The position numbers were made by a program, and so were the translations under genes. From a virus (Duplodnaviria; Heunggongvirae; Uroviricota; Caudoviricetes), in IMG/VR virus record IMGVR_UViG_2617270951_000013: a stretch of DNA of 5,747 nucleotides. One strand, written 5' to 3'. This document shows, in pieces, positions 1 through 5,743 of this stretch. Each line of letters begins with the position of its first letter. Position 1 is the stretch's first letter. The notes under the pieces are model-generated. The model was not told the origin of the DNA. It searched no databases and saw only the letters and a program-made list of their open reading frames with translations.

Positions 1-597
1 TTATGCCTGGACAGTATGCATCAGACCGGCCATTTCATCTTTTACTGACTGAACTTGTGGCCCGATAACAACCTGCAGGTTATGTTGATTAAGTTGTACT
101 ACGCCAATTGCCCGATTGTCCTTCAGTGCCTGCACATTAACAAGCGACATATCTTTCACAGACAAACGCAGACGGGTAATGCAGTTATCGAGGCTGACAA
201 TATTGTCGGCACCGCCTAATGCTTCGAGGATTGCAGGAACGTTGTAACCTGATTTACCCGGCGCACCGGCAACGGCTTTTTCGATTGAGCTGGCAACTTC
301 GCTATCGCGCCCCGGGGTTTTCAGATTGAAGCGGGTGATAGCGAAACGGAAGATGACGTAGTAAACGACAAACCAGATTGCCGCCACCACTGGCACCATG
401 TACCACTTGGTTGACAGACCATGCAAAATACCGAACACCACGAAGTCGATGATATTGCCGTCGGTATTACCGATGGTGACGCCGAGCACAGACATGACGG
501 TGAAGCCGAGGCCGGTTAACAGCGCGTGGATGACATACAGAACTGGCGCTACGAACAGGAACAGGAATTCCAGCGGTTCGGTAGTTATAGCGCGGCG
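1..597 (-). pseudogene. 3' fragment of a glucose-family PTS EIICB permease gene (PtsG/MalX-like); roughly the N-terminal 60 percent of the gene is absent
   Basis: Minus-strand frame ending at TAA (3..1) encodes EIIC C-terminal helices (TTEPLEF, FVAPVLYVIHALL, KTPGR) followed by the EIIB phospho-cysteine motif CITRLR. PTS-like sequence stops near 597 and the frame meets a stop at 624..622, leaving about 195 C-terminal codons of what is normally a ~480-530 aa protein. Confidence 0.75.
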
Positions 598-602
598 ATT
601 TT

Positions 603-667
603 TTTGATACCGATTTGCATTTCATTTGATACCGCTGAAAAACGCCGATACGCAACTTATTTGATAC
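603..667. repeat. Three direct copies of TTTGATAC (603-610, 625-632, 660-667) next to the element boundary; candidate recombinase/transposase or arm-type binding sites
   Basis: Copies 1 and 2 are 10/10 identical (TTTGATACCG) and exactly 22 bp apart; copy 3 is TTTGATACTA. They sit between the PTS fragment and the mom stop. Confidence 0.35.
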
Positions 668-683
668 TAAATCGGCGCTTTTC
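637..683. terminator. Hairpin flanked by A/T runs on both sides, about 30 nt downstream of the mom-like stop; possible bidirectional intrinsic terminator
   Basis: Perfect 7-bp stem CGCCGAT (643-649) / ATCGGCG (671-677), extendable to 13 bp with one mismatch (637-649 vs 671-683), 21-nt loop. On the minus-strand RNA the stem is followed by UUUUUC; on the plus strand by CUUUUCUUUUG. Confidence 0.35.
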
Positions 684-713
684 TTTTGAGTTTTAGAATG
701 AGTTTTTAAGCGT

Positions 714-1451
714 TCATTCACTCTCTTTCAAACCAGTTTTAACTGTTTGTGGTTTTGGGTAAGGCTGGACTTTGAATAGCTTTGTGTTAAGGCGTTTTCT
801 GGCTCTCTTGTCCAGAAACCGGATGTAACGAAACTGACGGAATTTATGAACACTGGCTCTGTCGATATTAGCCCGCAGATGTTCACCTCGCTGTCCTCCT
901 CGTTTGATTGCATTCTTGCAAATCTCGTGATACCACTCGCCATCAAGTTCATAGAATGTTGTTTCATGACTGCCTACATAATCAAAATTGCTTGCCTGGT
1001 ACACGACACCAAGACAGCCACAACGCTCATCTGCAAACGACTGAACCCACTGCACCTGCGGATAAAGTTGTCTGATTAGTTTGAGCGCGTAACTGATTGC
1101 CCTTGATTCGGAGTTTCTCGGCATACAGTCATGCAGCCATAACCGGTTAAGCTCCATATATTCGCGGTTCTGCGTGCCAGTTACGACGCGTGCACCATTG
1201 TTTGGATTAAGGGCATAACCCCATTGCATTACGCCAACCAGCTCCCGTTCTGAAAATATGCCCAGATGAAGGTAGGAATTATTTACGAAACGATGGCTGT
1301 AATGTTTATTGACGACGACCAGCCGGGCCAGCCAGCAACTTATTGTCTCAACCCGTAACTCACGGGAGCCATAACCGACGATATTGTCGTTATAGTGAAT
1401 AAGTTCAGGCGTGCTGATGATACGGGATGTAACTTGCTTTCTGTTCCCCAC
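714..1451 (-). CDS. mom: Mom-like DNA modification enzyme (phage Mu Mom family, adenine-modifying anti-restriction function); start codon uncertain
   Basis: Long minus-strand ORF ending at TGA (716..714) whose 5' end overlaps the 3' end of a Com-like zinc-finger gene in another frame, as in Mu com-mom. The only in-frame ATG upstream (1613) would overlap all of com, so the proposed start is GTG 1451..1449, preceded by AAGGA (1466..1462). The track ORF 714..1646 is an over-extension. Confidence 0.6.
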   Translation of the reverse strand: MGNRKQVTSRIISTPELIHYNDNIVGYGSRELRVETISCWLARLVVVNKHYSHRFVNNSYLHLGIFSERELVGVMQWGYALNPNNGARVVTGTQNREYMELNRLWLHDCMPRNSESRAISYALKLIRQLYPQVQWVQSFADERCGCLGVVYQASNFDYVGSHETTFYELDGEWYHEICKNAIKRGGQRGEHLRANIDRASVHKFRQFRYIRFLDKRARKRLNTKLFKVQPYPKPQTVKTGLKESE

Positions 1452-1605
1452 GACAGGATTTCCTTGTGTATGTGGGGTGCTCTGTGGCGCTCTGAGATGT
1501 GATTTGATTGAGGGTTTTACAGCGCGGACATTTAACTTCCAGATAACTGAAGCTGGCTCGTGCCAGTAGCTTGTTACAATGTCGGCACCGTATGTTTCGA
1601 TACAT
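1405..1605 (-). CDS. com: Com-like zinc-finger translational activator of mom (66 aa)
   Basis: ATG 1605..1603 preceded by GGAGG (1620..1616). Product [14 protein letters not shown]...VKCPRCK has a CxxC-15 residues-CxxC zinc-finger at residues 7/10/26/29 and an EHPT motif, both recalled from Mu Com. Its stop (1407..1405) lies inside the mom frame. Confidence 0.75.
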   Translation of the reverse strand: MYRNIRCRHCNKLLARASFSYLEVKCPRCKTLNQITSQSATEHPTYTRKSCRGEQKASYIPYHQHA

Positions 1606-1648
1606 GGCCGCATAACCTCCTGCTTTGTTGTTGATATCTTTATCACTC

Positions 1649-1673
1649 AATCGATCGACAAAAACGATCGATT
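1649..1673. promoter_or_regulatory. Perfect 9-bp inverted repeat AATCGATCG / CGATCGATT (7-bp spacer), each arm containing a GATC Dam site; candidate methylation-sensitive operator or promoter element for com-mom
   Basis: Arms at 1649-1657 and 1665-1673; GATC at 1653-1656 and 1666-1669, with a third GATC at 1735-1738. The repeat sits about 45-70 bp upstream of the com ATG on the transcribed side. Confidence 0.4.
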
Positions 1674-1861
1674 TGATTTATTTAATTGATACAACAAATA
1701 ACACGAAATGTCATTAGCGAAAATTTATGAGTTTGATCACTAATTTTAAACGGTGCTGTAACGCATAAGTGCTGAATGATTGTACATTTGAATACCGCAA
1801 AGCAAACAAATCAACTAATTTATAGAAGTCAATTGGTTAATTGCCAGCGTAAGAGGCTGCT

Positions 1862-2155
1862 ATGGACAATCATGTAACGACGAGAAATCGAAAAATGATT
1901 GAAAATGCGGAAATCTATAATGATTATTTTTCCGATTATTCAGATGCCTGCAAATACAGTTCGAGTGCGGGAGAGTTCATATGCTTCAACTTTTTTATTA
2001 AATCTTATGTTTTTCCTCCACAGCAAGAAGATGGAGGTGTGCCACCTCCTGAAATCACTTTGCACCGTATAGCCTCCGTCTCAATGATGGAGCAACAGGC
2101 TAATGAGCTGTATAGCATTCTGGGAACGATTCTACAAAAGCGTGAATCGGACTAA
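1862..2155 (+). CDS. Hypothetical 97-aa protein (orphan ORF in AT-rich island), divergent from com-mom
   Basis: ATG 1862 preceded by AAGAGG (1851-1856) with a 5-nt spacer; a 291-nt open frame in markedly AT-rich DNA where stops are frequent; TAA stop at 2153-2155. No recognisable motif. Confidence 0.4.
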   Translation: MDNHVTTRNRKMIENAEIYNDYFSDYSDACKYSSSAGEFICFNFFIKSYVFPPQQEDGGVPPPEITLHRIASVSMMEQQANELYSILGTILQKRESD

Positions 2156-2322
2156 TGATACCGGTTCATTTGCCTGCCCGGATGGGGAAGCAGGATTGAC
2201 TGCTCCATAAGCAGCTATATTTCTGAATACGAAATACTATCCAGCGATTACATATGGCTGGATAGCGGCAAAGATGTTTTCATTAGTGTCAAACCGGCAG
2301 AGGACACCACCGGTTTGTATTG

Positions 2323-2577
2323 TTACATCATGGTACTGTCAGTTCCGGGCTGAGCCGGGTCTGGTTGCTCTGGCTGCGCGTCGGTTTTCGGCTCATTATC
2401 AGCATCACTGGCCGCAACTGCTGGCCCAATAAGTTTTGCCAGCACTTCATCAACGTAAGTGTCGATTTGTGCCTCAAAATCCTTGCGGACCTGCGCTTTC
2501 AGCAACTTATTTACTTCACCGGAATACAGTGCCTGTTTTACCAGGTCTTCAGTGACGGTGCCTTTAATTTCTGGCAT
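2323..2577 (-). CDS. Hypothetical small acidic protein (84 aa) with predicted N-terminal amphipathic helix and Pro/Asp/Glu-rich tail
   Basis: ATG 2577..2575 preceded by a strong SD AAGGAGGA (2590..2583); net acidic composition (about 16 D/E vs 8 K/R); TAA stop 2325..2323. Confidence 0.6.
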   Translation of the reverse strand: MPEIKGTVTEDLVKQALYSGEVNKLLKAQVRKDFEAQIDTYVDEVLAKLIGPAVAASDADNEPKTDAQPEQPDPAQPGTDSTMM

Positions 2578-2612
2578 GTATATCCTCCTTATGCGGGAAT
2601 AAAGCCCTGCAA

Positions 2613-2795
2613 TCAGGGCTGGGTCGGGTCTTTTGGGAGCGGAGTTACCTGCGCTGTTTTACTGAGTTTTTCAGCTGCTGCGTCCTCAATTTTGCGGCGA
2701 ACATAATTTCTGATGGCCTTATAACCACCACTCACCAGATATAACGCACATACTGCCGTGCAGAAATACAATAAAATAAGCTGTAAAAATGTCAT
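2613..2795 (-). CDS. Hypothetical small membrane peptide (60 aa): one N-terminal hydrophobic helix plus a basic/charged tail
   Basis: ATG 2795..2793 just downstream of GGGAGGG (2805..2799); product MTFLQLILLYFCTAVCALYLVSGG... then KAIRNYVRRKIED...; TGA stop 2615..2613. The track ORF starts at a TTG (2807) that lies inside the SD, so the ATG is preferred. Confidence 0.5.
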   Translation of the reverse strand: MTFLQLILLYFCTAVCALYLVSGGYKAIRNYVRRKIEDAAAEKLSKTAQVTPLPKDPTQP

Positions 2796-2810
2796 TATCC
2801 CTCCCAATTA

Positions 2811-2827
2811 TTGACATGGTGTTGACA
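2811..2827 (+). promoter_or_regulatory. Two tandem consensus -35 hexamers (TTGACA at 2811-2816 and 2822-2827); candidate plus-strand promoter with only weak -10 candidates
   Basis: Exact TTGACA twice, 11 bp apart. Downstream -10 candidates are imperfect: TAATAT at 2832-2837 (15-bp spacer from the first hexamer) and TAAAAA at 2846-2851 (18-bp spacer from the second). Confidence 0.25.
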
Positions 2828-2890
2828 CCGGTAATATCTGTTAGGTAAAAAGGTGCACTGCATTTTTTGCTTTGGATATAACGATCTTTT

Positions 2891-2932
2891 TGCCGCCGGT
2901 TTCTTGTTTTCCCTTACCGGCGGCATTTTTTT
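2891..2932 (+). terminator. Strong plus-strand rho-independent terminator
   Basis: Perfect 10-bp GC-rich stem TGCCGCCGGT (2891-2900) / ACCGGCGGCA (2916-2925), 15-nt loop, then T7 (2926-2932). On the minus strand the stem is followed by A-runs, so it is oriented for plus-strand transcripts only. Confidence 0.6.
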
Positions 2933-2939
2933 ATCCTGC

Positions 2940-4994
2940 TTACGCGTTATTCACTTCCACCACGATACTGTCAATCAGTACCGGGTAAGTCGCATTTTTA
3001 GTGATATCGGTCACGCGCAACTTGTCTGCCGTAAACGTGCCGACCGGAGACTGCGACAGCATGAATGGTGTCCCGTCCTTACCATCAATGACCGGCGTCA
3101 CCTCAATACTGTTGTTACCGGCAAAACGGAAGCCCAGCGTATGCCATTCGTTATTAAATGCGCCGAATGACCCCAGCTTCGTGTTCTGCGCCGTGTTTCC
3201 TTTGTGATACATCACGTTAAGGTCTGTGGCATCGCTCTGTACGTAAAACGATGCCAGCAGGTTATGACCGGCATTACCTTCCAGTGTGACGCCCTGAGGA
3301 AGCGAAGAAACCGGCCAGTACAGCGCCAGTGCGTACTGATTAGCCGTAAGCGCGCCATCAAGTTTAAAACGACAGCTGACAAGGCCACCTTTTTCCAGCA
3401 GGTCGGCACCATTACCGGCATCATGCTCAAGGTACCAGGGGGCTCTTCCTGTTTCCTTAGTCATTTTCATTGCCTTACCCCCGCTGGCTCCGGCATCATC
3501 CACGATTTGAGCCTTGCCACCTCCGGCAGCCCAACCCTGTGGTGTCAACCGTCCTTCAGACTCAGATGCCCGGTAAGCAAATAGCGTACTCATCGTCGTG
3601 GTGTCTGCGGGTGGCGTGGACGGTTTTGATGGTGTATCAGGTGACGGCTTCTCATCCGGTGGTGTCACGGTCTGCCCGCGCATCAGTTCAGCCGTGCGCC
3701 CTGCATGGAGCATAATAGCTGAGGCCAGACGGTCTGAAATGACGCCCCTGCGTGCCCATGAGCTGAAATGGCTGTCACGCTGTGTCGAAACAAAACTGCC
3801 CTGGGTTCGGGATGCTGCACCGTAATACCCGACAGCCACAATATCCGGGTCTTCCGCCGGAGCATTCGTTGGCGTGCTCTGTCCATTCTCATCCGTCAGG
3901 AACGGTACAAAGAAAATTTTCTGTGCTTCCTTGCCTTTGTAGCCACCGTATACTGCCTCATATTTATCGGTGCCAGCGTTTTTCCAGTAATACGTGGTAT
4001 CACCGCAAATCCACGGCACCGTGGTGGCATTTCCACTCACGCACTGCGCAGCAAGCGGAGCCAGGTCAGTTCTGAACTGCTGAACCATGGCCGTGAATAA
4101 ACTATTATGCTGCTGGCTTCCTGAGGCAAGGTCTGCCTCTCCCTGCATCCAGACCACAGCCAGAAGTTTGTTTTTCGGGTTTTTCGCCAGCGCGACTTTG
4201 GTGCGGCTTACCAGGTCCTGATACAGAGGTTTACCGGCCCCCCAGCGTGAAGAATCAGCGGAAGCACCGCTGGCCTCACTGAATGAGCCGTCGGCTCCAG
4301 TGGTGAATGCTGACCCGCCACGACAACAGGGCACCAGAAGTATCCCGGCATTCTGTGGGATATAGGGAAGCAGTTTTTTGGCAATATGCAACCCCTGACC
4401 GACAGTCCCGTACTGGCCTTTTGCCAGATCAGCTTTCGGGTGGTTTATCCCGCTCATATCCTGAACATCATGCAGGCAGTGGTCTGCCGGAATGATGTCG
4501 TTGTATGTACACGACGTACCGTTGGGCGTTACCGTACTGCGGCGTGCCAGTTGCTTAATGCGTGGGTCCGGGCGGTCAAACGAATCCGGTAACGGCAGCC
4601 CCTCGCCGTAGGCCATGCCATTTGACTGACCCGCGAGAATGACAACAAAGTAATATTCCGGCTCTGAACTGCTGCCATTCGTGCTACCGGAAGGCCCGGC
4701 GTTATCCGGTGCATTCCAGTCGGAGGGCGTGAGCGTTCCGGCCACGTCAGATGTGATTGGAATGATGCCAGTCACGCCTGAACTGGTGATTTCTGCACTG
4801 GGATTACCGGATACCGGCATTACCCATAATGGCTCTTTCGTGCTGAAGCGGATCACGCAGTCTGCGAAGGTGATCCCCCCTTTATTACCCGAAGGGCGGA
4901 AAGGGCTTTCAATAAATGCCACCGTGCCACCGGCAACCTTGACTGAAAACTCTCCGGGCATGGCGGAGAGCATTTTCCACTTGGAGTCTGACAT
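2940..4994 (-). CDS. 684-aa multidomain esterase: N-terminal ~110-aa domain, SASA/SGNH-type carbohydrate esterase domain (sialate O-acetylesterase-like, comparable to prophage NanS-p), Pro/Ser/Thr-rich linker, C-terminal ~200-aa beta-rich putative lectin domain
   Basis: ATG 4994..4992, TAA 2942..2940. GQSN motif (residues 122-125, nt 4631..4620) and a downstream QGEAD block, which I recall as SASA-family hallmarks; linker TVTPPDEKPSPDTPSKPSTPPADTTT; C-terminal region rich in beta-type residues with no catalytic motifs. Confidence 0.8.
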   Translation of the reverse strand: MSDSKWKMLSAMPGEFSVKVAGGTVAFIESPFRPSGNKGGITFADCVIRFSTKEPLWVMPVSGNPSAEITSSGVTGIIPITSDVAGTLTPSDWNAPDNAGPSGSTNGSSSEPEYYFVVILAGQSNGMAYGEGLPLPDSFDRPDPRIKQLARRSTVTPNGTSCTYNDIIPADHCLHDVQDMSGINHPKADLAKGQYGTVGQGLHIAKKLLPYIPQNAGILLVPCCRGGSAFTTGADGSFSEASGASADSSRWGAGKPLYQDLVSRTKVALAKNPKNKLLAVVWMQGEADLASGSQQHNSLFTAMVQQFRTDLAPLAAQCVSGNATTVPWICGDTTYYWKNAGTDKYEAVYGGYKGKEAQKIFFVPFLTDENGQSTPTNAPAEDPDIVAVGYYGAASRTQGSFVSTQRDSHFSSWARRGVISDRLASAIMLHAGRTAELMRGQTVTPPDEKPSPDTPSKPSTPPADTTTMSTLFAYRASESEGRLTPQGWAAGGGKAQIVDDAGASGGKAMKMTKETGRAPWYLEHDAGNGADLLEKGGLVSCRFKLDGALTANQYALALYWPVSSLPQGVTLEGNAGHNLLASFYVQSDATDLNVMYHKGNTAQNTKLGSFGAFNNEWHTLGFRFAGNNSIEVTPVIDGKDGTPFMLSQSPVGTFTADKLRVTDITKNATYPVLIDSIVVEVNNA

Positions 4995-5069
4995 CGTCTT
5001 TTCTGCCTGTTTCTGAATTAAACAGAGTCAGAATAGCGACCGCTGAAAAATATGTGTTTTGCGGAAATT

Positions 5070-5099
5070 CAAAAAAGCGTCACGGTACTTTTGGTGACG
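5070..5099 (-). terminator. Candidate minus-strand intrinsic terminator overlapping the invertase stop codon
   Basis: 6-bp stem CGTCAC (5078-5083) / GTGACG (5094-5099), 10-nt loop; on the minus-strand RNA it is followed by CUUUUUUG (5077..5070). The stem is short, so confidence is modest. Confidence 0.35.
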
Positions 5100-5652
5100 G
5101 AGCTGGTGAGGCAGGAAAATAACGATAAAGGGGGGAAAGGCCAATATCAAATATCAGTGCGATTTGTTTACGGGACTCGCCATTAGCCAGCAAACGGGCG
5201 ATTTGCTCCCGCTCTTTCTCTGTCAGTTTCTGAGGTCTGCCGCCATGACGCCCCTGAGCACGGGCAGCAGCAAGACCCGCGCGTGTACGTTCAATAATGA
5301 GTTCCCGCTCCATTTCCGCCAGCGCGCCCATTATATGGAAAAAGAAACGTCCCATGGGAGTGGATGTATCAATATTGTCCGTAATGCTGCGGAAGTTAAC
5401 GCCGCGTTGCCGGAGTTCTTCTGTTAAAAGGACAAGGTGCTGCATACTGCGTCCAAGGCGATCCAGTTTCCAGACCAGCAGGGTATCCCCTGGCCGGAGT
5501 CGCTTTAATGCGCGTTTAAGTCCGGGACGCTCCCTTGTCTTACCGCTTATTCTGTCTTCGAAAAACAGCTCACATCCTGCACATTCCAGCGCATTTCTTT
5601 GTAGCGCCGTATTCTGGTCATTTGTTGACACCCTGATATACCCAATCAGCAT
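5080..5652 (-). CDS. Serine-recombinase DNA invertase of the Gin/Pin/Cin/Hin family (190 aa)
   Basis: Product begins MLIGYIRVSTNDQ (catalytic Ser motif) and carries GYIRVS, LDRLGRS and a C-terminal HTH-like region; ATG 5652..5650 preceded by AAGGA with a 6-nt spacer; TGA stop 5082..5080. Confidence 0.92.
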   Translation of the reverse strand: MLIGYIRVSTNDQNTALQRNALECAGCELFFEDRISGKTRERPGLKRALKRLRPGDTLLVWKLDRLGRSMQHLVLLTEELRQRGVNFRSITDNIDTSTPMGRFFFHIMGALAEMERELIIERTRAGLAAARAQGRHGGRPQKLTEKEREQIARLLANGESRKQIALIFDIGLSPLYRYFPASPAPSPKVP

Positions 5653-5717
5653 ACGATTTCCTTATTATAAAAAGCCGGAATTGTCGCATGAGGAATAAAA
5701 CAGAGTTAATCCTGGCT

Positions 5718-5743
5718 TTCCTGAAAACCTCGGTTTACGGGAA
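5718..5743. other. 26-bp gix/hix-type crossover site (TTCCTGAAAACC-TC-GGTTTACGGGAA) upstream of the invertase gene
   Basis: Two inverted 12-bp half-sites ending in AAACC / GGTTT around a 2-bp core, matching the Gin/Hin/Cin/Pin crossover-site pattern as I recall it; it lies about 66 bp upstream of the invertase start. Confidence 0.7.

Noticed and set aside
598-700. Assignment of the boundary repeats as canonical Mu MuA-binding sites
   Set aside because: A GAAAAACGC 9-mer resembles part of a Mu end site as I recall it, but the spacing of TTCA and CGAAAA does not fit the 22-bp MuA consensus, so a Mu-type transposable end cannot be asserted from this window.
398-1079. Track ORFs 398..607 (+), 467..721 (-), 728..967 (-), 846..1079 (+)
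   Set aside because: They lie inside or antisense to the PTS fragment and mom-like gene, or span the AT-rich boundary; products are low-complexity with no motifs and no ribosome-binding site. Treated as shadow ORFs.
714-1646. Full 310-aa ORF from the track (GTG start at 1646) as the mom-like gene
   Set aside because: It would read through the whole com gene in another frame. The extension is better explained as an open frame upstream of the real start; GTG 1451 with its own SD fits the com-mom overlap architecture.
1405-1650. 81-aa version of the Com-like ORF starting at TTG 1650
   Set aside because: The TTG has no SD, whereas ATG 1605 is preceded by GGAGG and gives a 66-aa product with the zinc finger at the positions recalled for Mu Com.
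2320-2706. Plus-strand 128-aa ORF overlapping the 84-aa and 60-aa genes
   Set aside because: It is antisense to two minus-strand genes that both have good SD sequences, and has no SD of its own. Treated as a shadow frame.
2891-2932. The 10-bp hairpin as the terminator of the minus-strand esterase gene
   Set aside because: On the minus-strand RNA the stem is followed by A-runs, not U; the U7 tract is on the plus strand only.
2853-5016. Thirteen internal ORFs on both strands within the esterase gene (2853..3170 through 4681..5016)
   Set aside because: All are nested in the 2055-nt esterase reading frame, which has coherent domain structure; such frames are expected by chance in GC-rich coding DNA.
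5011-5033. TTCTGA...TCAGAA inverted repeat as a second gix-type crossover site
   Set aside because: It lacks the AAACC/GGTTT inner half-site pattern and the 26-bp geometry of the site at 5718-5743; more likely an operator or chance palindrome.
5164-5698. Plus-strand ORFs 5164..5427 and 5297..5698
   Set aside because: Antisense to the unmistakable serine-invertase gene; Arg/Ser-rich products typical of reverse-strand artefacts.
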